A stretch of 64,000 nucleotides of DNA from Rebecca billardiae RCC1528. Taxonomy: Eukaryota; Protista; Haptophyta. Made by a program: the position numbers and the translations under genes. Below are positions 49,846-64,000 of the stretch, one piece after another. Location of the stretch: assembly GCA_965240325.2 (NCBI GenBank), contig OZ251233.1, positions 186,001 to 250,000 on the forward strand, given 5' to 3'. The notes beneath the pieces were generated by a model. The model searched no databases, was not told the origin of the DNA, and was given only the letters and a program-made list of their open reading frames with translations. Each line of letters starts with the position of its first letter. The first letter of the stretch is position 1.

Positions 49846-52236
49846 ATGGCGACACCCGCCTTCCGGCTACGCACCGCCTGGGCCGAAGCCCCCGACGCCG
49901 CCCAGCCCGACCTCTCCCGCCTCGACGAGCTCGCCGCCGCGACGATCGTGACGAGCACGACGCCTCCGTTCATCATCACGCACGTGAACGCCGCGTGGGA
50001 GCGGCTGTGCGGGTACACGGCGCGGGAGGCGGTGGGCAGCACGTGTACGATTCTACAGGGCCGGCTCACCGACCCCGCCAAGCTCGCCACGCTGCGTCAG
50101 GCCAGCGAGCACCTCAAGCCAATCACAGTCGAGCTGGTGAACTACCGCAAGGACGGCTCCTCCTTCCTCAACGAGCTGAGCGTGCGCCCGCTGCGCGGGC
50201 CGACGGGCGTGGTGAGCCACCTGGTGGGCACTCTCGTCGCGCGTCAGCTCGAGATCCCGCCCGTCGCGCGCCAGCTCGAGACCCCGCCCGAGGCGAGCGC
50301 GCTGCAGCTCGCGGCCGCCGCGCTCCCGCTGCCGCCGCCGCCGCCGCCGCCGCTGCTGCCGCCGCCGCCGATGCCGCTCTCGACGCGCGCGGCCTCGGCG
50401 CACGGCGGCGGCGCGGAGGCAAAGTCCGCGCTGCGCCGCCGCGCCGCGCCCGCCCACGCCGCCCACGCCTCCGCCCGCGCCGCCGCCGTCGCGATCGGCG
50501 GCAGCGGCGGCCCCGCCGGGCAGGCCGCCGGGCACGTCGGCTTTGCCAAGCCTCTGGTCGACCTGCTCGAGTACGACTCGCGCGCGCCGACGCTGTCGCG
50601 CGTGCGCGGGCGCAGCGTGGACGGCGTCGCGGTGGGCGCGGGCGCGCTCGGCGGCGCGCTGCTGCCCGCGCCCAATCCGCACGCCGCGCGGCGCGAGCGC
50701 CACACCAAGCCCGTCCTCGGCGGCTCGGGCGCGGACGTGCGCGCAGAGAGCCGGCAGCCGCAGCCGCAGCCGCAGCGGCAGCAGCGGCAGCAGCACGAGG
50801 CTCGGCACGCGCACGCCAAGGGCTCGCGCACGCCGCCGGGCAGCGTCGAGGGCAGCTTCAGTAGCGCGCACGGCGGCGGGTGCGCGGACGGCAGCAGCTT
50901 CAGCTCCGCAACCGACGGCGGCAGCTTTGGCTGCAGCTACGGCGGCGCTCATCGCCACGCAGCCGCCGGGCTCGGCGGCGGGGGCGGTGGGATCCTCCGG
51001 CGCGTGCACGCCGTGCGGGGCGCCAAGCACCAGCCGCCCGAGCGCGGCGCCGCCGCCGCCGACGCGAGCCTGAGCAGCGCGAGCGGCAGTGACGGCGGCG
51101 GGCGCGCCGCCGTGCCTGAGCTCAGCCTGCCGCTGCTCGCAGCCATCGGCGCGCAGCTGGCAGGCGCCGACCTCCTGTGCTTCCGGCTCGCCGGCCGGCG
51201 GTTTCGCGAGGCGAGCGTCGCGACGGCGGGCGGCCCCGCGCGGCGCGAGGAGCTGCTGAGCTCCAAGGCGCGCGCCAGGTGGGCGCGCCGCGCGCTCGGC
51301 CTCGAGCCGAGCGCCGTGCCGGGCGCGTGCGCGCTCGCGTGCGCGCGCGGCGACCTCGAGCTGCTGCGCTGGCTGCACAAGCACGGCGCGGCGGTGGGCG
51401 CGGCGTGCTGCGACGCGGCCGCGGAGCACGGCCACGCGGCCGTGCTCCATTGGCTGCTGCGCCACGGCTGCGCCCCCGAGCCCGGCGGCGCGGCGCTCCA
51501 CGCCGCCGCGGCGCGCGGCCACCTAGGCGTGCTCCGCGAGATGCAATCTCGCGGCCTCTGCCCGCCGGACGAGGAGCTGTGCTTCGTCGCGGCGGAGTCC
51601 GGGCAGATGGGCGTGCTGCGCTGGGCGCGAGAGGAGGCGGGCTGCGCGTGGTCGGAGATGACCGCCGCCGCCGCCGCCGGCGCGGGCCACCTCGGCGTGC
51701 TCGAGCAGCTGCTGGACGGCGGCTGCCCGGTGGACGAGCAGGCGGCCATTGAGGCGGCGCGCGGCGGCCACGGCGCGCTGCTCCGCTGGGCGCACGAGCG
51801 AGGCTGCCCGCTCGGCGAGGACACGTGCATGGCGCTCGCGTCGGTTGGCGCGCTCGCGGAGCTCAAGTGGGCGCGGCGCGCGGGCGTGCCGTGGGCGACG
51901 ACGACGGTCACCGCCGCCGCGGCCAACGGGCACGTCGGCGCGCTGCGCTGGGCGCTCGACAACGGCTGCGACGCGGAGGCGCTCACGGTGCGCGCGGCCG
52001 CGGCGGCCGAGGGCGGCGGCACGGCCGCGCTCGAGTGCATCGCGGCGCACCCGTCGAGCTCGCGCAAGGTGCGAGCGCTCGCCACCTCCGTGCTGCTCGA
52101 GCGGCGCAGCTGCGCGCCCGCCGCCGCGCCGCACCCGTCGGAGCCCTCGAAGCCGATGACCGCCCACTGGCCGTCGGCCGGACCGAGCGCGATGGCGATC
52201 TCGCAGCACGCCGGCCGCGGCCCCGGCGGCGGCTGA
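49846..52236 (+). CDS. LOV/PAS domain + F-box-like + ankyrin-repeat protein
   Basis: ITHVNAAWERLCGY..EAVGSTCTILQG..TD..LVNYRKDGSSFLNELSVRP; PELSLPLLAAIGAQLAGADLLCFRLAGRRFREA; about 8 AA.GHL.VL.W....GC ankyrin-type repeats; ATG 49846. Confidence 0.88.
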   Translation: MATPAFRLRTAWAEAPDAAQPDLSRLDELAAATIVTSTTPPFIITHVNAAWERLCGYTAREAVGSTCTILQGRLTDPAKLATLRQASEHLKPITVELVNYRKDGSSFLNELSVRPLRGPTGVVSHLVGTLVARQLEIPPVARQLETPPEASALQLAAAALPLPPPPPPPLLPPPPMPLSTRAASAHGGGAEAKSALRRRAAPAHAAHASARAAAVAIGGSGGPAGQAAGHVGFAKPLVDLLEYDSRAPTLSRVRGRSVDGVAVGAGALGGALLPAPNPHAARRERHTKPVLGGSGADVRAESRQPQPQPQRQQRQQHEARHAHAKGSRTPPGSVEGSFSSAHGGGCADGSSFSSATDGGSFGCSYGGAHRHAAAGLGGGGGGILRRVHAVRGAKHQPPERGAAAADASLSSASGSDGGGRAAVPELSLPLLAAIGAQLAGADLLCFRLAGRRFREASVATAGGPARREELLSSKARARWARRALGLEPSAVPGACALACARGDLELLRWLHKHGAAVGAACCDAAAEHGHAAVLHWLLRHGCAPEPGGAALHAAAARGHLGVLREMQSRGLCPPDEELCFVAAESGQMGVLRWAREEAGCAWSEMTAAAAAGAGHLGVLEQLLDGGCPVDEQAAIEAARGGHGALLRWAHERGCPLGEDTCMALASVGALAELKWARRAGVPWATTTVTAAAANGHVGALRWALDNGCDAEALTVRAAAAAEGGGTAALECIAAHPSSSRKVRALATSVLLERRSCAPAAAPHPSEPSKPMTAHWPSAGPSAMAISQHAGRGPGGG

Positions 52237-53464
52237 TTGGCCTGGCGATGCATTGGCGACAGCCGCGTATCGGGTGTCACCATCCTACCGGACTTCGCCG
52301 TCCGTGTATACGCCCTGAGCGAGGGGGAAGGCACCTTTCGAGACAGCACTCAGGCGCCTCGACGTTGAGTATGTCATTGATCGCGCGCGTGTGTGATCAC
52401 GGCAGCAAGACTAAGTCGCGCGAGGTGGAGTCACAGGTGGTAGCGCGCTTCTTCGCCGCATCATCCGCAGCTGACTAGCTGGCGTGCGCCAGCTCGCCGC
52501 TCGAGTCACGTCGGCTGCGCGCGGCAGCGGTCGCGGCTTCACCCGACCGCCGCATACTTACTCACTTATTACTGTAGCAGTAGTCAATTAATTATATATA
52601 TATATATATATTATAACTTTCATCAGATGATTCACTGTAGTGTCGTCTATGACTATGGACCATAGGCGGCATATATATATATATAGTAGTACGTGACCAT
52701 GTTGAGTAGTTGTTCGCACAGCGCGGCGCCGGCTGCACCGCCCGTTCCGCTGGACGCCGGCTCGCTCTTCGTTGACGACGACGACTTCTTCTTCAACCCG
52801 GTCGCGCGGGCGCGGTGATGGTACACTCCGGCAGGCAGATGCGGCGCACTGTCTGATGCTCTATGCGTGCGTGTGGCCCGTGTGCCGACTTTCCACGACG
52901 TCGACTCAGGCTGCTGACGCGTGGCATCCAGCTCGAGGCGGAGGTCGCCAGGGCTCGCCCAAGGTCGAGTCTGCCTTGCGTGTGCTAGGTCGCCGAGGTG
53001 CGGCCGCAGGGTGCGATGACGAGGAGTTGCGCGCCGTCGCATCAACCTCTCGCACGTATCAGTGCCGACCGAGCCACCGAGTAGTCGAGTGGATGACGCT
53101 CGTGGCGGCGGCTGCTCTTCAAATGACGCGGTCGGGCCGCCTTGGCGAGCTTGGGAGGAGGGCTCGGTCTGCTACATGTGCGTCAGTAGTCACGGCCTAA
53201 ACCGTGCGCAAGTAGACTTATTGAGTCGATCGTACATGATGGCGCGGCAGCAACGGCCGCACCCGCGAGGGCACCGTGGGCGTCAGGCACTCAGGCAGCC
53301 AATGACTAATGAGTTAGAGCCATGCTCCGCAAAGGGCCGACGAAATGTAACACCAAGGTCAGTTTCCCGTGCAACCTGTCGTCCGCACCGAGCAGTGTAC
53401 AGCATCATGCTGATGCTGTATGTACGACGGGTGAGCATCACTCAGAGCAGCAGTCGTCACGAGA

Positions 53465-54913
53465 TCACGACTGCTGCAGCGACTGCTCGTCGTCTCGCGC
53501 GCACTCCCAGCCGGGCTCGCGGCACGCGCGCGGCAGTTCGTACCCATGGCACAGGTAGTCCTGCAAATACACGCGGCACACGGAGCGCGTGAGAGGTGCG
53601 TCGCCCGACACGAGCGCGCGCAGCTCCGCCGACGGCGCGAAGCCGGTCTCGCTGCCGGCGCTGGCGCGGTTGGCCACGCTCAGCTCGCACGTGGGCCTCC
53701 GGCCGGCGCGCGCTCGGCCGCCGAGCCGATCGCTCGCGTTGACTGCGTGCAGGACACGCGCGAGGTCGTCGCGCAGCGTCTCCTGCCGCAGCAGCTCGGG
53801 CACGCGCGGCGTGCGCACGCCCCTCGCGCCGCACAGGTAGTTCTCGCGCGCCCGGAGTGTCGCCTTCTCAGACTCCACGACGGCGGAGGCGTCGAGGAAG
53901 GCGGAGGCGGAGGCGACGTGTGACCAGAGCACGTACCGGTGCGTGCACTCGAGCGAGCGCACAAACGCGCGGAAGCGCACGCTCTCGTTGAGCGTGCCGT
54001 GCACGCGCGGCACGGGCGGCTGCGCCTTCTTCCCACGCCGGGCACGCGGCACGCCAGCCATCGGCGGCGGCGGCGGCGGCGATGGCGTGAGCAAGGTCTC
54101 GGCCTCACCGCTGAAGCCAGCGACCAACCACGCGATCGCTGAGGTGGTGCGCAGCCCGTGCAGCAGCGTGCGCGACGTGTGGTTCGCCTCCGCGGCGGTC
54201 GGCGCCCTGCGCGCGCGCGCCCGCTGCATAGCCGCCGCGTCGCCAGTACCCAGCACGAGCTTCTCGGCATTGGCCAGATTCGGCAGGCGCGCCCGGACGC
54301 CCGAGGGCTGCAGCTCGACCGTCACAGTCCGGAACTCGAGCAGCTCGTTGTACGCGGAGACGAGGCGCGCGAGCGGCTCGCGCACCATGCCCACGTGCAG
54401 CGGCTCGCGCGTGAACAGCCCTCGCGCGCGCGGCCGCGTCTTGTGATTCGTGCCGAACGCGCACCACCACCACTCCTTGAGGGCGGTCATGCCGGTCTTC
54501 TGCACCATGTACACCGCGAGCCCGGCGTCCAGGTCGAGGAGGTAGCGCGTGGGGATGCGGCAGATGCTGGCGCGGAGCTCCTTGGGCGAGTACGCCGGGC
54601 AATGCTTCGGCCGTGGCCAGTCGTACGCCTCGCGCACCGGCATCTGCGCGCCGAGCCAGCCGGCGTCGCTCGAGAGGTCGCGCACCTTGCCTTCTTTGTT
54701 GCCCCGCACGGCGAAGCGGTCGGGGCACGAGCGCAGAGCGGCGTGGTGCGCGCGCAGGCGGGCGGGCACGTCCGAGGACGCCGGTGGCTGGTACGCGCAG
54801 TACGGCGCGAGCGTGCAGCTATGCGTGCACGACAGCACCAGTACGACGCATCGGCGCCGCGCGAAACGCGCGCGGTCAGCAGCCGTGCACCGCCCTCGTC
54901 CGAGATCGTGCAT
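53465..54913 (-). CDS. Carbohydrate sulfotransferase (Sulfotransfer_2-like)
   Basis: 5'-PSB-like VQKTGMTAL, 3'-PB VREPLARLVSAY, ETLRDDL and C-terminal VYLQDYLCHGY; start uncertain. Confidence 0.8.
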   Translation of the reverse strand: MHDLGRGRCTAADRARFARRRCVVLVLSCTHSCTLAPYCAYQPPASSDVPARLRAHHAALRSCPDRFAVRGNKEGKVRDLSSDAGWLGAQMPVREAYDWPRPKHCPAYSPKELRASICRIPTRYLLDLDAGLAVYMVQKTGMTALKEWWWCAFGTNHKTRPRARGLFTREPLHVGMVREPLARLVSAYNELLEFRTVTVELQPSGVRARLPNLANAEKLVLGTGDAAAMQRARARRAPTAAEANHTSRTLLHGLRTTSAIAWLVAGFSGEAETLLTPSPPPPPPMAGVPRARRGKKAQPPVPRVHGTLNESVRFRAFVRSLECTHRYVLWSHVASASAFLDASAVVESEKATLRARENYLCGARGVRTPRVPELLRQETLRDDLARVLHAVNASDRLGGRARAGRRPTCELSVANRASAGSETGFAPSAELRALVSGDAPLTRSVCRVYLQDYLCHGYELPRACREPGWECARDDEQSLQQS

Positions 54914-56031
54914 TCGTGCATGCTTCAGGGGCTGGCCAGCAGCAGGCGGTAGGGCTGGAGGCTTCGGCCGCTGTCCGGTTAAGACCCGGACTGCCACTGC
55001 CGCGTGCAAGCACTGCGGCCGCAGGGCGTCCGGCGAGACCCACTGAAGCCCCAGTGCGGCCCGAGGTCCTCGATGGCGGCTTTCGACGGCCGGCCCATCT
55101 GACCCACCGTGCGCCCACGGCCGGTGCCGGACCGTCGGGGGGCGTCACAGCCGCGGCGAGGTTCGTGTGGGCATGCCAACTACTCGGGCAAAGACTCCCC
55201 CGCCAGGTGCGTGTGCGTGGTGCGCGTGTTGTCCCATGCGCTCGTGCGGGCGGGCGCGTCCCATTTCGGCGAGGCGGGCAGATTGAGTGCTTGGTGTTCG
55301 CAAATGCGGCGATTTGCGGGCGTGCGATGGGTGTGGAGGGGAGCTATGTGATGCCCATATGCCAGGCCGCACGCGTCCGGACTGGGATTTTGTGGGATTG
55401 TCATGCCGCGTGCGTTTTGGGGCTCACGCATGCATTCCTGCACCCACGTGTGTGCCGCCCGCATTCGAGCGCGCAGGGACGGGCGCGAGGAAGCGGCGCA
55501 TTGCTGCGCGCACGCCGGGCAAGGTTCTCACGCCAGCTGTTCCTCGGCCGCGCCTCGAGGGCGAGCTCCCTGACTCGCTCATCGGCAAATACTGGCGTGA
55601 TGCCCACTTTGCCAACGGGACGGGCAATGACTACATGCACGGTGGCGCGCGCGCTCTGGCTGCTGCTCCGCTCATTCTGGCGCTCTATGCGCTGATGACG
55701 CTCTCGCAGGTCATTGACCTATTCGGCACGACCGTCGTTCACCCCCTCGTCAATGCCACGCGGCACCAGCGTAAGGAGGCTCGGCACGAGCGCCTGCTGC
55801 AAGCGCCTCCCGCGCGCGGAGATCGAGTGCCCGAGTGGCGTCGCTACAGGCCCGCGTGGGTGGCGGAGACCGAGGATGAGCCCGACAGCCACGGGCTGTG
55901 GCCGATCACGCAGTGCCTACGCGACCCCCTCTTCATCGCGGTCTTTGCCAAACACCCCATGGCGAGCGGCAGGCAGTGGCGGGCTAGGCATCAGCAGAAT
56001 GGCGTCGCACGCGTCCCCGACCCGCTCAGGC

Positions 56032-57750
56032 TCAGCTGCCACAGCAGCAGCCTGCAGAGTGCAGGCCTGCAGCAGCATGACGTGGCCACACAAACACCGC
56101 CTCGACTTCTGAGGCGGTGTCAGCCAGGCCGAAGAGCCCTCCAGGTGGCCCATCAGGCATCAGCAGCGGCCGCAGGACCGGATCAGCGATGTGCTCAGCA
56201 CGCTCGATCAGACCGTGAAGTGCCGCTAGCCCGTGGCCGCTGAGACTGAGAGGGTCTGCCTCGCGTGGGGGGCCGCTGAAGTTGCCGCCCACGTACAGCA
56301 TCTGCTCAGGCAGCCTGCGATCGGAAGCGGCATCCGAGACGTTGATCTTCATCAACTGCCTGATCAGGACCTTCTCGTCGGCAAAGCCTGGGCACCGTAG
56401 TCAGAATGAACTGCGGGTACGTCGCGCGCGTCTGGCCATGGCGGTGCAGTCGTGCGAGCGCCTGCTTGTCCGCAGCTGGGTTCGGGTGTGGGTCGAGGAG
56501 GATGAGGCGATTCGCAGCGACCAGGTTCAGACCAGCGCCACCAGCCTTCGTCGAGATGAAGAGGACGTGCGCCTTCGAGCCAAGGGCACAAAAGTCAGCG
56601 ATGACCTTGGCCCTATCAGACTGCCTCACTGCGCCATGCAGCTCGACGATGCGCCAGCCGTCACGCCGCCAGCCGCCAGCGTACTCCTTCTCCAATGCCT
56701 TGCGGTAGAGCGACAGCACCTCCGTGTGCGCAGCGAACACGACGATCTTGTCGTCCGTGTGATCGAGCACCTCCGTCATCAAGCGCAGAAACACTCGCAG
56801 CTTGGTGGACGCAGCGTGCAGCTGGGACGAGTCCAGCCAATTCTGCTCGAGGTGGCGAGAGAGGGACTGGATCTTGGGCTCGAGACTGGTGCCGGCGAGG
56901 GCGGGGTGCGACGAGATGCCGACCTGGATGCCCGACCGTGCGAGAGTGCGCACATCCCCGGCCGCTGCGATCGCCTCCGATAGCGCGTACTGCAGCTGGC
57001 TCGGCACGCAGCTCACAACATAGTCGTACCATGGCGGCAGCAGCTCTGTGACTGCCCTGCTCAGGATGTAGCGGTCGAGGAAGGTGCTCAGGGTCTCGCG
57101 GGCGAGCGGAGCGAGGAGAGCTTTGGCGCGGTCGCTGTCGGATGGATCTGCCCGCGCGAAGGCGTTGATGGGCCCCGCGACGAACTGCTCCCAGTACTGC
57201 TCCAGACAGCGGCGCCGGGGTCAGCCAGGTTGATGAGTGAGTAGAGGGCCTTCAGGTCGTTGCTGTCAGGCGTGGCCGTGAGCAGCAGCCGCTTAAGCGG
57301 CCAGAGCGAGTGCACGTAGGTCACCAGCGCAGTATTGTCGTTGCAAAGCTCGTGCGCCTCGTCGAACACCCCGAGGTGGACGCGTGCTTCGCGGTGGGCC
57401 ACAAAGAAGCCTGCATTCGAGGCAGAACGGAACTGGCCGTACGAGAGTACAAGCCAGTGCGCGCCCGTCATGAAGGCGGCGATGCTGTCGTCCGCTGACG
57501 GGACGACAACGCGCACATCTTGATCGGGACAAATCCATCGCATGTCTCCTTCCCACTGCTTCACCAGCGTCGCCTTGGTGACGATGAGCACCCGCTCCGA
57601 CCCCATCCGGTCGGCAACCATGGCTCCGACCGCGGTCTTGCCGTACCCCGTACCAGCGGCGACTATGAAGCCGTCGCGCAAGCGGAGGCGCCCAATGACG
57701 ATGTCTACTACATCCTCCTGGTCTGCACGTGCCTCGAACGCAGGCCTTGG
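56032..57750 (-). pseudogene. Compact SNF2/Rad54-like helicase with two frameshifts
   Basis: GTGYGKT, FDEAH, LLLTATP, KIVVF, ISTKAGGAGLNL, QALARLHRHGQ, DEKVLIRQ; frame changes near 57205 and 56390; intronless and lower GC than host genes. Confidence 0.85.
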
Positions 57751-58230
57751 CGCTACATGAGGCGAGCGCGGCAGGGCGGGGCGGCAGAGCGCAGAGTGAG
57801 TAGACGTGGAAACGTAGGCCCCACCGCGCGACGAGGAGAGGGTGCACGACACGCCCCACGCGCGGGATCACCTTGATAGGGGTTGGGCATCATGTCGAAG
57901 CCCTCAACACGGCCGAGTCGGCCCTCTCGTCGAGGCTCACCTGGGCTGCTGCCTCTCGCCGGACGGACTCGTCCCTCGCCCCATGGGAGAGGGGAGGGAG
58001 TCCGGGTCTCAACCGGACAGCTTCGGCCGCCAGTCTGTCGATCACCGGAGCCAAACGGAGGGGAATTATTGAAAAAATCAGGAGCCGATACCGTTACTTA
58101 CGGAAGAAATCCCCAGGACGTTGTCGCGGCTTTGAGACGGTATTGTAGGACGCATACATACGAGTACGACATAACGACAGTCGTAAGCGCCCAACTAACT
58201 GACGAGCGCCCGGGGCGGGGCGCGCGCTTG

Positions 58231-59378
58231 ATGGCGGCGTCGCCTCCGGGCGATCAGCAGTCGGAGCGGTACCTGCAGGAGTACGCCGAATGGCTCGGGA
58301 TCGATGCAAAGAGGCACCCGAAGCTCCTCTGGATCGCCGAGTACGCCATGTCCTCGCCCCTCCCGCCGCGCTGGCGCGAGTTCCAAGATGACTCCGGCCA
58401 GCCATACGTACGCGCCTCGTGCCGCGCGCGCTCCCGCAAGCCTTCTGGGTGCGCCGGGCACGGACGGCCCCGTGGCCGACGCCGCGCGGCACCGCGCGCC
58501 CCCTCACCCCGCAGTACCAGAACCTCGACTCGGGCACCACGCAGTGGGAGAACCCGCTCGACTTCAAGTGCCGCGAGTGGTACCGCAAGGAGGTGCAGAT
58601 TGCGGAGGCGGAGCTCGAGATCAAGCGGCGGGAGCAGGCGATCGAGGCGGTGCACACCGACGCGAAGAAGCGGAAGCAGCAGGTGGGCGCGGCGCGCGCC
58701 GCGCCCCGCACCGCGCGCGCGCGCCCTGTCCGGCTGACCGCTCCGCTCGGCGCGCCGCGCGGCATCTGCCGCGCTCGTGCACGGCCCGCGCGGTCCCGCG
58801 CCGCTGGCGGCGTGCAGCTGACCAAGCAGGTGCAGGCGGTGCGCAAGGAGACGGCGACGCTGCGTTTCAACGTCAACCAGCGGCGCGAGCAGCTCGAAGA
58901 GCTCAAGGCCAAGGTGACCAAGCTCGAGTCGCAGCTCTCCACGCGGCTGAGGCCCGAGGAGCGTGAGAGGTACTCTCGGAAGAACTCGACCGATCAGCTG
59001 CTGCAGCCCGCCGGCTACCGGGGCGTCGGCACGCGGCGGCGCGCGTCGTCGTCGGACGTGCTCGCGGCGGCGGTGGAGGAGGAGGGGGGCGTGCGCAGGC
59101 GGCTCTCCAAGCGCAGCTCCACCGGCTCCATGAGCGGCGCAGGCGCTGCAGCCGCGGGCGGGCGAGGCGGCGGCGCGGGCGGCGCGCGGCTGTCGGCCGT
59201 CGTGGAGACGGGCGGCGCCGCAGAGCAGGAGGCCGCGGGCGGCGTGGGCGCGGGCGGCGGACTCCTTCCCGCAATCGGCGGTGCCGGTGGTGCCAGCGCG
59301 GCGGCCGTGGGTGGCAGTGCCCCGGTCGCCGTCATCTCGCCCGGCGCGGCGTCGAGGTATGGCAAGCCATCATTGTAG
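58231..59378 (+). CDS. CEP164-N-terminus-like WW-domain/coiled-coil protein
   Basis: EYAEWLGID..HPKLLWIAEYAMSSPLPPRWREFQDDSGQPYYQNLDSGTTQWENPLD. Exons 58231-58407, 58515-58682, 58818-59378. Confidence 0.85.
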
Positions 59379-59581
59379 TAACGCCCCGCGGAACTCGGAT
59401 GGAAGTAACTTGACGATGTGTGGCAGCTGGCGAGCGCCTGACGACTCTGACGATGACGATGATGCGCAGACATCCGAGTCTCCGCAGGCGCTCGTCTGAT
59501 GCGCTGCTGACTTCTCACATATCATCGCGATATCGGTCCGCGCCCGGCGCTATACGGCACGGCCGATCGCGGGGCCGATTA

Positions 59582-64000
<4,419 letters not shown>

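Overview
Very GC-rich eukaryotic nuclear DNA with short GC-rich GT-AG introns (typically GTGCGC...CAG). This looks like an alga, and a haptophyte such as the Pavlovales is an unverified inference. Host genes: a GT77/XEG113-like glycosyltransferase (runs off the left edge, missed by the ORF track), an SDR, a homeobox protein, a giant (~6,700 aa) RCC1-repeat + ~11 kb Ser-Pro3 stalk + IPT/REJ/GPS multi-TM polycystin-like receptor, a TBL/SGNH-like protein, a NYN-domain protein with four C-terminal repeats, a LOV/PAS + F-box-like + ankyrin protein, a sulfotransferase and a CEP164-like WW protein. Mobile DNA: nested foldback/MITE inverted repeats (7.2-8.6 kb), a probable 5'-truncated CRE-like LINE inside (TA)n, a young internally deleted Copia element with 411-bp LTRs and a CAATA TSD, a tyrosine recombinase relic with 537-bp direct repeats (Ngaro-like layout) and a frameshifted SNF2. 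The most unusual part is the right end (59.6-64 kb): a head-to-tail array of a ~1.87 kb capsid-less unit encoding a CRESS-virus-type HUH+SF3 Rep, preceded by two copies of a smaller, apparently non-coding unit. Every unit carries a (TA)n tract, is rich in hairpins, and meets its neighbour at the same 9-mer, GTGCGGCGG. This is a candidate rolling-circle element/satellite system. Most large ORFs in the supplied track are GC-driven shadow frames.
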